The notes below the pieces were generated by a model. That model ran no database searches. It was not told the DNA's origin and was given only the letters and a program-made list of their open reading frames with translations. Below are positions 35,101 to 43,724 of a DNA stretch of 64,000 nt, piece by piece; the stretch's first letter is position 1; each line of letters opens with the position of its first letter. The stretch is from Mayamaea pseudoterrestris (taxonomy: Eukaryota): assembly GCA_027923505.1 (NCBI GenBank), contig BROI01000004.1, positions 1-64,000 on the forward strand, given 5' to 3'. Position numbers and translations under genes: made by a program.

Positions 35101-37214
35101 CACTCCCTTATGTCAATTTCGTTAAGGGGACACTCGCTGTCGCCGCTATCCGATCGAAGAACGCGCGTTCCACCACCAGCTTTCTCCGACATGCCAAGCA
35201 AAAGTAAGCCATTCACTGGCAAGCTGAAAATGCAGTCGACATTCATGCAATCCTGCTCGCCGAGTATCATTCGATCATCTCTGCCAGGAGCTGTTAATAT
35301 AGACAGGCCGCCGCTGGAGCCATGCCCAGCTGGGAAGACAAGCGCTGGCGAGCCGATTACCGATATGGGCTCTGACGCTCCGACCGGCGTTTCTTCCGGA
35401 ATCAAGAATGTCGGCGTTGAAGCGATTGGACCTTCACAACTCTTCCCGAGAGGACCAGAGTGGACGAGCGAATCCAGAGGCGTTAACACTCGAACCACGG
35501 AAGACGTTGCGAGCCGCTGCCGTTTCAAGTCTCTCGCAAAAGCATGTTTTTCGGCGTCCGACGCAACGTCTGGAACTGTGTCAAGGTTGTCAACATTCGT
35601 ACCATTGTCATCACACGGCGCATACAGCGCCTCTTCCTCAATTCGCAAGATCCTGTCGTAATCTTCATCCACGACTGATGCCAGTACATCCGACTTCACA
35701 TGCGTTTGATCCAAGATTTGACTGGTTGTTTTCGCCATTGACGATGATACAACCGGCACAAGATCATGTTTTAACGTCTCCAAATCGCTGGGCATTTTGA
35801 TCGCCTCCAGCGCGAACCCAAGAAGCAACGAGTTTCCGAGACGACTTCCAGCAAATATCAATCCCATGGACATGTCTACCGACTTTTCGCCTCCCAGTTT
35901 GCTCACCCATGAGGACTTGTTGCTTGCGTGATTCAATGAAAGAGCCGTCATGTGATCGATTTGCCCAATGCCACCAAGTGTTTGACCCGTCGGAAGCAAA
36001 CTCCATGTTTTATGTCCCAAGCGCTGGAAAATGTACAACTGACCTCGTCGAAGTGAAACAAGCGCTGTGGCCGAAGTCGCTGCACTCCCAGTATCAACCC
36101 AAGTCCAAGCACTCCCATCCAGTGCAATGGACAGCTTCAGCAAGGGATTTGCTCGTAGGCGCGGCATTAAACTATTGGGACAAGTTGCCTTTGCCCATCC
36201 ATTCACCGCCGTTACTTGCTCGACGGCACCAGTCGCATCCAACACAGTCAATGTATTTACACCCACCACTAGACACTTCGAGTCATTGTCAAAGGCGTGC
36301 ACCGATATTGCATCCGCACTGACTGTCGTCGACCATAGCAGCGCGCACCGATCATGGTGAACACTCACTGATAGTGCCGTCACGTAGTAGGGATGCGTCA
36401 CTCCGCCCTGTCCATTGGTGCGTCCCAGTCGTCCACTCCACACCCGACCCTGCGGGTCGGAATGCAGTAGCAGCAACACTGGTTCCTGGTAGCAGGATAG
36501 AAATGTTGCGTCAAATATATCGCCAAAACCAGTGGATAGTGATGATAACGTAGTGTTGCCTATTGATAATCCTCCTGGTTGCATTTGATGCAGCTGCGTG
36601 TACGCATGCGTCTGCAAGTGCGGCAGCTTGGTGGCAATCGTTGACAGCGGCACCACGTACGGTTCCTGCTTGGTCGCCACCCATGTTTTCTTGACTTGTC
36701 TCAGTTCTACGACTACAACACTGAGTCCGCCTCCAATCACGCAGGCAATGGTGGCGTGACCGGGTTTTTGTTTCAAGGTCTTGCACAAGGCATCGGGATG
36801 CTCCGTGGCGCCGCCACTCGTTTCAAAAACGTTCTGCAGCGCGCCAAGATCGAGCAAGCACTCGGCTTGCAGCAAGTCGTATTGAACACTCACGACGCTC
36901 AACTTTGGATCGGCTCCGGCGAAGCCAATCAGTAAGGCATCGGAAATGAGAGGCGAGTTGGACGAAAGAGTCGCTAAATAGCTGACACTTCCCGCTAAAT
37001 TTGTAAAAGGACCATTGAAGACAATGCTTAGCTTGCCATTGACATTGACGCGGTAGACCGTAACGCAGGATGAGGCTGCCGTGACCAAGTTTGGAATGGT
37101 TTGCTGCTGTTTGCGTCGTTCCAAGTAGGCCCAGCAGGAAGATTCGGCTCCCCGCAAGGCGTCTGTCAAACTCAAGACGCACGGATGAACGGGACGGGAG
37201 ACTGCGGATGACAT
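32127..37214 (-). CDS. CPSF1: Cleavage and polyadenylation specificity factor subunit 1 (CPSF160)
   Basis: 1695-aa ORF with FAGSRLGNSLL, VGTG...GED...KGR, LTLLAKDY, GG.KL..RADFHVG and GLN.RAYR...VIDG motifs. Confidence 0.92.
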   Translation of the reverse strand: MSSAVSRPVHPCVLSLTDALRGAESSCWAYLERRKQQQTIPNLVTAASSCVTVYRVNVNGKLSIVFNGPFTNLAGSVSYLATLSSNSPLISDALLIGFAGADPKLSVVSVQYDLLQAECLLDLGALQNVFETSGGATEHPDALCKTLKQKPGHATIACVIGGGLSVVVVELRQVKKTWVATKQEPYVVPLSTIATKLPHLQTHAYTQLHQMQPGGLSIGNTTLSSLSTGFGDIFDATFLSCYQEPVLLLLHSDPQGRVWSGRLGRTNGQGGVTHPYYVTALSVSVHHDRCALLWSTTVSADAISVHAFDNDSKCLVVGVNTLTVLDATGAVEQVTAVNGWAKATCPNSLMPRLRANPLLKLSIALDGSAWTWVDTGSAATSATALVSLRRGQLYIFQRLGHKTWSLLPTGQTLGGIGQIDHMTALSLNHASNKSSWVSKLGGEKSVDMSMGLIFAGSRLGNSLLLGFALEAIKMPSDLETLKHDLVPVVSSSMAKTTSQILDQTHVKSDVLASVVDEDYDRILRIEEEALYAPCDDNGTNVDNLDTVPDVASDAEKHAFARDLKRQRLATSSVVRVLTPLDSLVHSGPLGKSCEGPIASTPTFLIPEETPVGASEPISVIGSPALVFPAGHGSSGGLSILTAPGRDDRMILGEQDCMNVDCIFSLPVNGLLLLGMSEKAGGGTRVLRSDSGDSECPLNEIDIREWNDFSSGGQIFESTADVFLSTLHMAGEFLDGSVCVLVSTPSANGMPAYFIVVLEATRASLVLKIEIMLETSGDTMNQATPFVKHQVEGVDGLAFACVWSSGRGEAFIVSDGGILSSCAIEASPADDMDIDDDDIQSFYKNKLVVSVDVFTCPKSFFAPQLAANDEDAMTSENGNANVNVIPSYFSDDDEEAELYGIAARSTTCIPETHENVQQEATSLLDEVMLFVAVCRQSGHLEVYSYGSDGHLSKCWTAAGCGQGVEMLQNDASSVRLPRSHLIAVKEMRFFLCKESSNTSNAVIQNSMCLAIETTAGDLELYSVKVSAESGSSSVFYKVRSASIVRSSQEQHRHFTKLVRRRIVEKTNLDDSFSFVRLHRFSNISGLDGLFASCSQSVWIVPERENPKIIVHRTRHGAPAGGKPRPVSGFCSGLLPSEGAYFGFVTLHERVGRVGSQRITAFHGLSPAFQSQGLLVGNSSYLAEKILLGVTVRAVCFIDDDTISSPDRPIYAMLVSRELEVDQLDIDNDGVSPEEKERIQEEKQAAKIQKQVEADLGGFDLETEWVEEIEREDCFAISDTLGGAPPLVTEAYSLWIVDAASNWMVVDSFEFEEYEHALTMKVMRLTDFPDVSGSSEEDTTEHNDQLFVTVGTGIVNHNGEDVTSKGRALLFEISPPAEENLMATDVPVLSLKYEKNISHGPVTSLSCLAAEGRHRLVIGAGADVNVEQWGSNRLTQVGFFRATMHILDIHHFKNFLLLSDAYDSLHFLIWRESDKSLTLLAKDYDPIAVYAAGLMSRGAAMTFICNDDRQNLQFFQYSPGEAAARGGNKLVCRADFHVGSQTTAFESYFCRSSLHVHSATPSSTLAALKQQDTLFGKSDDDQKVGAFFGTTDGSIHGIVPLSEPVYWRLMALQSVMANALESDCGLNQRAYRLYRRSPRRGGCRSNDRKKGVIDGDFVMRYVDLSLVDQEDLASAIGSTVDLVVDNLLEIQCNRMLM

Positions 37215-37823
37215 GAGTCTAGTGATTGATTATCTGATGAACCAAGAATTTCGTTTAGAAAGTAGATTTAGAATGGCAGCAGGATCCTCATGGTCAAATT
37301 TGATTTGATCTGCGGTCGGCGTGACATGTCGCTGCGGGAATGAGTCGCTCGAGTTGTTCAGCTACGTAACGGTAGCCAACGCCGTGCTTCATATGTGACA
37401 AACACACACATCAAGGCCTATGTTTAACATTGACGGTTAGATTGTAACAACAATTAGACATCTGAGGCTCCAGTGAAGCTCTTGCCAGAGCAAGGTGGCA
37501 AGTAGCATTGGCCCGGTATGCTGCGCTCACTGAATGTGAATCGATATACGCTATCAGATACGGAACGTACTCATTTAAATAGAAGTGGTGAGCGCAGCTA
37601 TTTTAATTTGTAGCGAATTGCGGGAGGCAGCAGCCATATTATACTCGCAATGTTGCAGTATAATACGACGAAACGAATACGACTGCGCGTAATGAGCGTT
37701 GCTATCTGTAAGGTTTATATTGATTAACAGTCCACCTTTCTCTGTACAGTCGACTAAACTTTTTGTCTGATAGAGTCATCAAGTATGTCAGGGAGCAATG
37801 CTTGTCGACAAGGCCATCCTTAC

Positions 37824-38120
37824 TCACACGCCATTCCAGGTTGTATTTTGCCGCTGAATCCGACCAGACTGAACGTCCTTGACATCGCCTCGAATGAAAT
37901 AGGCAGGTATCAAAATGCAGGGCACCAAGACAAAACCAAGGAACCACTTGCTGCTGTCATTTGACGACTCGGAGGCCGATGATGGTGTTGCCGAAGGTTT
38001 CTGTGATGGATGCGAAGACAAGAGCCGCAATTGCTGCGATGGATATCTTGAGGCTAACGGACGTGCAAGAGTAGCAGCATAGCAGCGGGCCAGAGAAGAA
38101 GTTGATCGTAGAAGCAGCAT
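37824..38120 (-). CDS. Small single-pass membrane protein with a mitochondrial-type presequence
   Basis: Presequence-like MLLLRSTSSLARCYAATLARPLASR...LRLLSS, transmembrane segment WFLGFVLVPCILIPAYF. Confidence 0.65.
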   Translation of the reverse strand: MLLLRSTSSLARCYAATLARPLASRYPSQQLRLLSSHPSQKPSATPSSASESSNDSSKWFLGFVLVPCILIPAYFIRGDVKDVQSGRIQRQNTTWNGV

Positions 38121-38508
38121 AGTAGTTGTTGTACTTTAATGAAGTATGACGATGAAGGAAGTGATCGTATCGTTGATGTCGTTCGAAGGAACTCCACAAG
38201 GAGCTGAAGAGCCTTTTGCGGACGTCACATTGATGCGTGGTATTCAAAATTTCTATAGGCTAAAGAGTGATAAGGAGTTTCACGAATGAGTCATTTGACG
38301 ACGGGGAATCGTGCGTTGTGCGCAACCAAGCTGACTGAGAATGAGCTGCATCACTTTCGTTCATATACCGGCAAGGGTAGGGGATTCTAACACGGCTACT
38401 TTTAGCCTCAAAATATAGAACAACTTTGACGTTTGTAATCAACTACCGGTAGGCGCTTATCGCTATGCGCTGCCGTTAATTTTAACTCAAAACTACCACG
38501 TCTCTAAT

Positions 38509-39436
38509 CTAGGCGAACAAACCACCCATACCAGCCGCATATGCCATCGGCTTGACCGCCGGATGAGGAACACAGTCAAACTGTGTATAGACAGGTTCCA
38601 GAGATGCATCAAAATGAATGAATGCTCCCTTGTTGCCCATAGTGCTAACTCGTCTTCCGTTTCGCGGGTCTCGCGGGGGAAGTCACTTTCAGTTTTTCCT
38701 GCGGCGTTTCGCTTGGGCATCTTGTGCACTCCCAGGGTCGCGACTCCCCATCGTTCGTTCGTGACAAACCCGTGCAACCAGTGAATTTTTGCTTTTTCTT
38801 CGCTTGATTCGATCGCAACTCGAACCAGCAGCCTCAGTCCAGATCTCGATAGGGACGCTACCGGTATGCAACAGAAAGTAGTATCACTATGCCGTTAAAA
38901 GTAGCGCACCTCGGAATCGAACCAAGGATAACCGGCTATATCACCTCTAAACACGCTGCTACTTTTCCGTCTGCTAGTGTACTATATGCTGCATACAAGG
39001 CACCATGCACTATGACAAGTAAAGGTATCGCTCTGGTTGCTGTTTTTCGTGTGCAACCTGCTACGCAAATTAATGCAGCAATTGAAACTCATAACGCAAG
39101 GCCGCCGCCTCGCTTCGATGGACTCTTGCCCGGGAACGGCTGCGGATCGCTCCACAGCAAGTCACTCATGAGGCCATTTTCGGGCGGCTCCATGCCGCGC
39201 TTAATCTTCCGTATGTCGTCCAGCATGACAGTCTCGTCCACTGGTAAGCCGCCGTGAGTGACAAAGACCTTTTCGCCAATGACCGCCGCAAGAGGTAGCC
39301 ACTCAAATACTTCGAGAAACAGCTGGAATATCTTGTCGTCAAATTTTGCTCTGGCTTCTCCTTCAAATCCGTAAACTGCGCAGAAAAGTGTGCGGAAAGG
39401 CGATGGCAATCAACTTGTTGTTCCGACTTACTCTTA
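38509..39436 (-). pseudogene. Partial, disrupted second copy of the PP5 3' half
   Basis: 38509-38644 matches 41860-41995, and 39093-39436 matches 42137-42511 including an intron. The intervening 448 bp is unrelated, and the 5' half of the gene is absent. Confidence 0.9.
38901..38962 (-). ncRNA. tRNA-like Pol III element (box A-like sequence, T-arm/box B, paired ends, TTTT) lacking a normal anticodon arm
   Basis: Minus strand reads GTAGCAGCGTGTTTAGAGGTGATATAGCCGGTTATCCTTGGTTCGATTCCGAGGTGCGCTAC followed by TTTT. Confidence 0.5.
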
Positions 39437-41555
39437 CGCTTTCAATGGACAGAGGTCCATCAACAAGCATTCGAACAGATGAAGGCAATCGTTGCCGAGG
39501 ATGCCCTCGTGCGGTATCCTGATCACAATTTACCGTTCGATATTGAAACCGATTCATCCGACTATCAACTTGGAGCAGTAATTAAACAGAACGGCTATCC
39601 AGTAGCCTACTATTCCCGCAAGCTAACGCCAGCGCAGCGGAATTATACAACGATAGAGAAGGAAATACTCAGTGTCGTAGAGACGTTGAAGACGTTTCGC
39701 TCAATGTTGCTCGGAGAACCATTCGCGTCCATACAGACCATAAAAATCTCACGCATGAGTTAACGCCATACCAAACACAACGAGTCCTACGATGGCGCCT
39801 ATATTTAGAAGAATATGGGCCAACGTTTCATTACAAAAAGGGCGGCGAAAACGTAATAGCAGACGCGTTGTCTCGAACGCCAACTCAACGTCTTTCACCA
39901 GTCGGGGAGGAAGACAGTGATGCCGGCCCGATGAGCAGTGATGACCGCTCAACAAGTATCAGTATAATGGATGATCCGGATCTAGTTGATTGCTTTCTAT
40001 TACACCCGCAATTCGACGACGCAAGCGACGAGTATCCCCTCGATTACAACGTGATTCGAACGCATCAAGACCACGACGGTCCATTAATAGCTGCAGCAAA
40101 CGCAAACGATATACCATCGATCCAATGGAAGGATCTCGGGGATGTACAGCTTGTTGTTTACGTTCCACCTCAGCGGCCGCAAGAATGGAGGATTTGTATA
40201 CCAACCGATATGTTGGAGAAGCTCGTTCAATGGTACCATATAATCTTGGCACACGCGGGTATGAAAGGACTCGAAGCGACAATGAAACGACATTTCTACA
40301 GCACGAAGCTGACGAAGACGATTGAAACCATCGTCAACAAATGCGACGCTTGCCAACGTTATAAAGCAGGCGGACAACCGAAATACGCAGAGTTACCAGC
40401 CAGGGATATTAGAGAAGCTCCTTGGTATGAAGTACAAGTTGATTTGATCGGCCCGTGGTCGTTCAAGGCGAACGGCGTTGAGTATTCGTTCCAAGCGCTC
40501 ACGATGATTGATCCAGTAACAAACTTCGTCGAGCTTGCGCGTTGCGATAACAAGCAAGCACAACACGTAGCCTTGTTGTTCGAGAACAATTGGCTAGCGC
40601 GCTATCCGAAACCATTGCGTGTCATACATGATCGAGGAACCGAGTTCAAAGGGGCATTTCGGCAGATGCTCTTGCAAAACGGAATTGCAGAACACATTTC
40701 CTCAACGAAGAATCCAACGGCAAACGCCATTTGCGAAAGAGTCCATTTAACGATAGCAAACGTATTGCGAACGATGCTGCACGCTCACTTTCCTGATGGA
40801 TTGACGGAAAACGAGCTCATCGATCAATGCCTCGCGACGGCAATGCAAGCAACCAGAGCAGCAGCAAGTAAAGCTCTTGATGGTTGGTCGCCTGGAGCAC
40901 TTGTCTTTCAAAGAGATATGATTCTCGATATACCGCTAATCGCGGATATAATGGCCATTACAAACAAACGTGCACGTGCGATAAACGAAACGCTTTTAAA
41001 AGCAAATCGGCAAAGGGTGACTTACGATTACAGAGTCGGCGACAACGTATTACTAAAGGTAAACGATCCAGACAAGCTCGATGATCGATGGATTGGACCA
41101 TATACGATAACAAGAGTCCATACAAATGGGACTGTAACCATTCGAAAGACGCCAATGGTAACGGATCGAGTCAATGTGCGCAAAATCAAACCATACCGAC
41201 AATAAAACACGGGTTTTCGTCAGCTTTTCCCAAGGCGTTCGATACGCTTTCAATAGCCTACGTATAAAGGCAGCTGACATGCATAACTACATGCGTCAAT
41301 AACAGTAATAAAAAGGACGACGAGCGTCCATCGTCTTCAAGATGCAAGCATCTTCTCCAGTCGGGGAGGGTGAAAGATCATGACGCAACGGTACTCGTTT
41401 AGCTAGGAGTAAAGGAGCCGACTGCCGGACCAATGAGTCTTAGGAGAGACATCGAGGCCCGCCGATATTCTACCGAACGGTCCCGACGGTCGAGCCCATG
41501 GTATACATCATAATTGCACGTTTTGCATATGACTTCTACGTCTCGTGACTAGGTG
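39437..41555 (+). mobile_element. Ty3/Gypsy LTR retrotransposon 3' fragment: RNase H, integrase, PPT and start of the 3' LTR
   Basis: RNase H ([37 protein letters not shown]) with a frameshift near 39719. Integrase has HHCC, DLIG/HDRGTEF/ICERVH and a WIGPY module ending at 41205. PPT GGGGAGGG is followed by TG at 41371. The right boundary is approximate. Confidence 0.93.
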
Positions 41556-41859
41556 TAGCACTTTGCGAACGTCAGTCGTTGATGAGGGGTATTCAAATTT
41601 ACTATCGGATAAAGAATTCGACGGAGTTTCACGAATGAGTCATTCTACGTTGAGGAATCGTGCGTTGTGCGCATCCAAGCTGAGAGTGAGCTGTTGCATC
41701 CTTTCTTTCGCTCAAAAAAAAATTACGGCAAGGTTAGTCTAGCAAGGCTAATTTAGTAGCATGATGTAGAACAACTTTGACGTTTGTAACAAACTAAGAC
41801 GCTTATCGCTACCGGTAAGCGCTGCTGTTAATTTTACTCTGCATTGTCACGTCTCTAAT

Positions 41860-43617
41860 CTATGCGAACAAGCCACCCATACCAGCCGCATATGCCATTG
41901 GCTTGACCGCCGGATGAGGAACACAGTCAAACTGTGTATAGACAGGTTCCAGAGATGCATCAAAATGAATGAATGCTCCCTTGTTGCCCATAGTGTCGCA
42001 ATAGTTTGGTGCGCTAAACACAGTCACCGTCTTGCCACCATGTTCCACCAAATACCCCTCCTCCTTGACCTCGTGTGATCGAACCAACAAGCTCAAATGA
42101 TTGCGCTCCAAAAATGCCGCCGTAATGTCTGGTCCAAACGCAAAGCCGACGCCTCGCTTCGATGGACTCTTGCCCGGGAACGGCTGCGGATCGCTCCACA
42201 GCAAGTCACTCATGAGGCCATTTTCGGGCGGCTCCATGCCGCGCTTAATCTTCCGTATGTCGTCCAGCATGACAGTCTCGTCCACTGGTAAGCCGCCGTG
42301 AGTGACAAAGACCTTTTCGCCAATGACCGCCGCAAGAGGTAGCCACTCAAATACTTCGAGAAACAGCTGGAATATCTTGTCGTCAAATTTTGCTCTGGCT
42401 TCTCCTTCAAATCCGTAAACTGCGCAGAAAGTAGTGCGGACGAAAAGTGTGAATCAGTGTATCGGTCGCACTTACGATAACCCCAAACAGTCTTGTTCCG
42501 ACTTACTCTTATTCATATTCTTTGTTTCATGATTGCCTCGCGTCAAATAAATGCATTCGGGATCGTACAGTTTGAACAACAAATAGGTCAGAATGACTTC
42601 CACACTAAAGGATCCACGATCCACAAAATCTCCATTGAACAAGTACGGATTGTTGCGATGCGGGTAGCCATTCAATTCAAATATATGCAACACGTCATAA
42701 AACTGTCCGTGCGTGTCGCCGCATACCGTCACGCGGGGCGAAACGTCCGTCGCATGATCCGGCGGCAAACCGGGAACTGAAATCTCCATGAGACTGGACA
42801 GTTGCGCAAAGTATGTGCGGCACGACAGCAGCAAGCGCGCCACGTAGCGCTTGTGAATGAGCTGCTGGTGTTTAAAGCGCTGCACCGACGCCATGACAAA
42901 CTCCAGCGGCAATTTGCCAGGTTCAAAGTACGACGCCTCCAACTCCATATCCGTCAGTAACGTTCCATCAATATTTGGATGCGGTCCATCATATGACGCT
43001 GCTACATCAATTGCATTCGCATCAAAGATACTCGACAGTGGCGCCGTTTGCGTCGCCTCAATGGCTTGCGCAAAGGCAAACTCGCGCACCGCCTTTTCGC
43101 AGGCCGCCAGCTTGACGCGGGCATCCTTGTCCTTTGGTTTGAGCTTGACCACGGCCCGAAAGTCCTTGCGGGCGAGTTTAAAGTGATTGAGCGCGTAATT
43201 GGCCGACGCGCGGCGGTAGTACGCCTTGGCGTAACTAGCGTCGGAGCAAATGGCGCCATCGGCATCCACCAAGGCCAAGCCGTAGTTTTCGACTTTAATG
43301 TAGGCGAACGCGCGGTTGGATAGTAGAATGGCGTTTGTAGGAGCATACTGGAGACCCTCACTGTATTTGGAAATCGCCTGCAAGTAGTGGCCAGCGACGA
43401 GTTCAGCATTGCCTTGCTCCTTCAGCGCCATGGCTTTGGATGCGGCGTCGGGATCGGATGACAAGTCGATGATTGGCTCCTCCATGGGTGGACGCTCCGA
43501 TTCTTCGGACGATGCCAGCGAGTCTTCCTCGTCGGCGGCTGCTTCCACCAGGGAAGGCATCAAGCTGCTATCAGTGCTGCCGTCATCAGACTCGTCAGCT
43601 GATGCATGAAAAGACAT
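41860..43617 (-). CDS. PPP5C: Serine/threonine protein phosphatase 5 (TPR + PPP catalytic domain); exons 43617-42507 and 42419-41860
   Basis: TPR repeats; GDTHGQ, GDFVDRG, RGNHE, LLWSDP, RSHE and FSAPNY motifs; 87-nt GT-AG intron. Confidence 0.96.
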
Positions 43618-43724
43618 TTTGTGAATACTAATGTTGGCTTAATTCCTCGATGACGGATAGAAATATATCCTAATAACAATAGTGCTCTTTGCAAGCAATC
43701 GTAGTTATACAATCGGCAGCGTGG

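Noticed and set aside
37621..37633. CGGGAGGCAGCAG matching a conserved 16S rRNA motif
   Set aside because: Only 13 nt match and the flanks are not rRNA-like, so this is probably chance.
38493..38777. Chimeric ORF joining MPKRNAAGK... to the PP5 3' end
   Set aside because: The PP5 part is read out of frame, so no PP5 fusion protein results.
38645..39092. Insert as the 5' LTR of the Gypsy element
   Set aside because: It shows no similarity to the sequence following the PPT at 41371.
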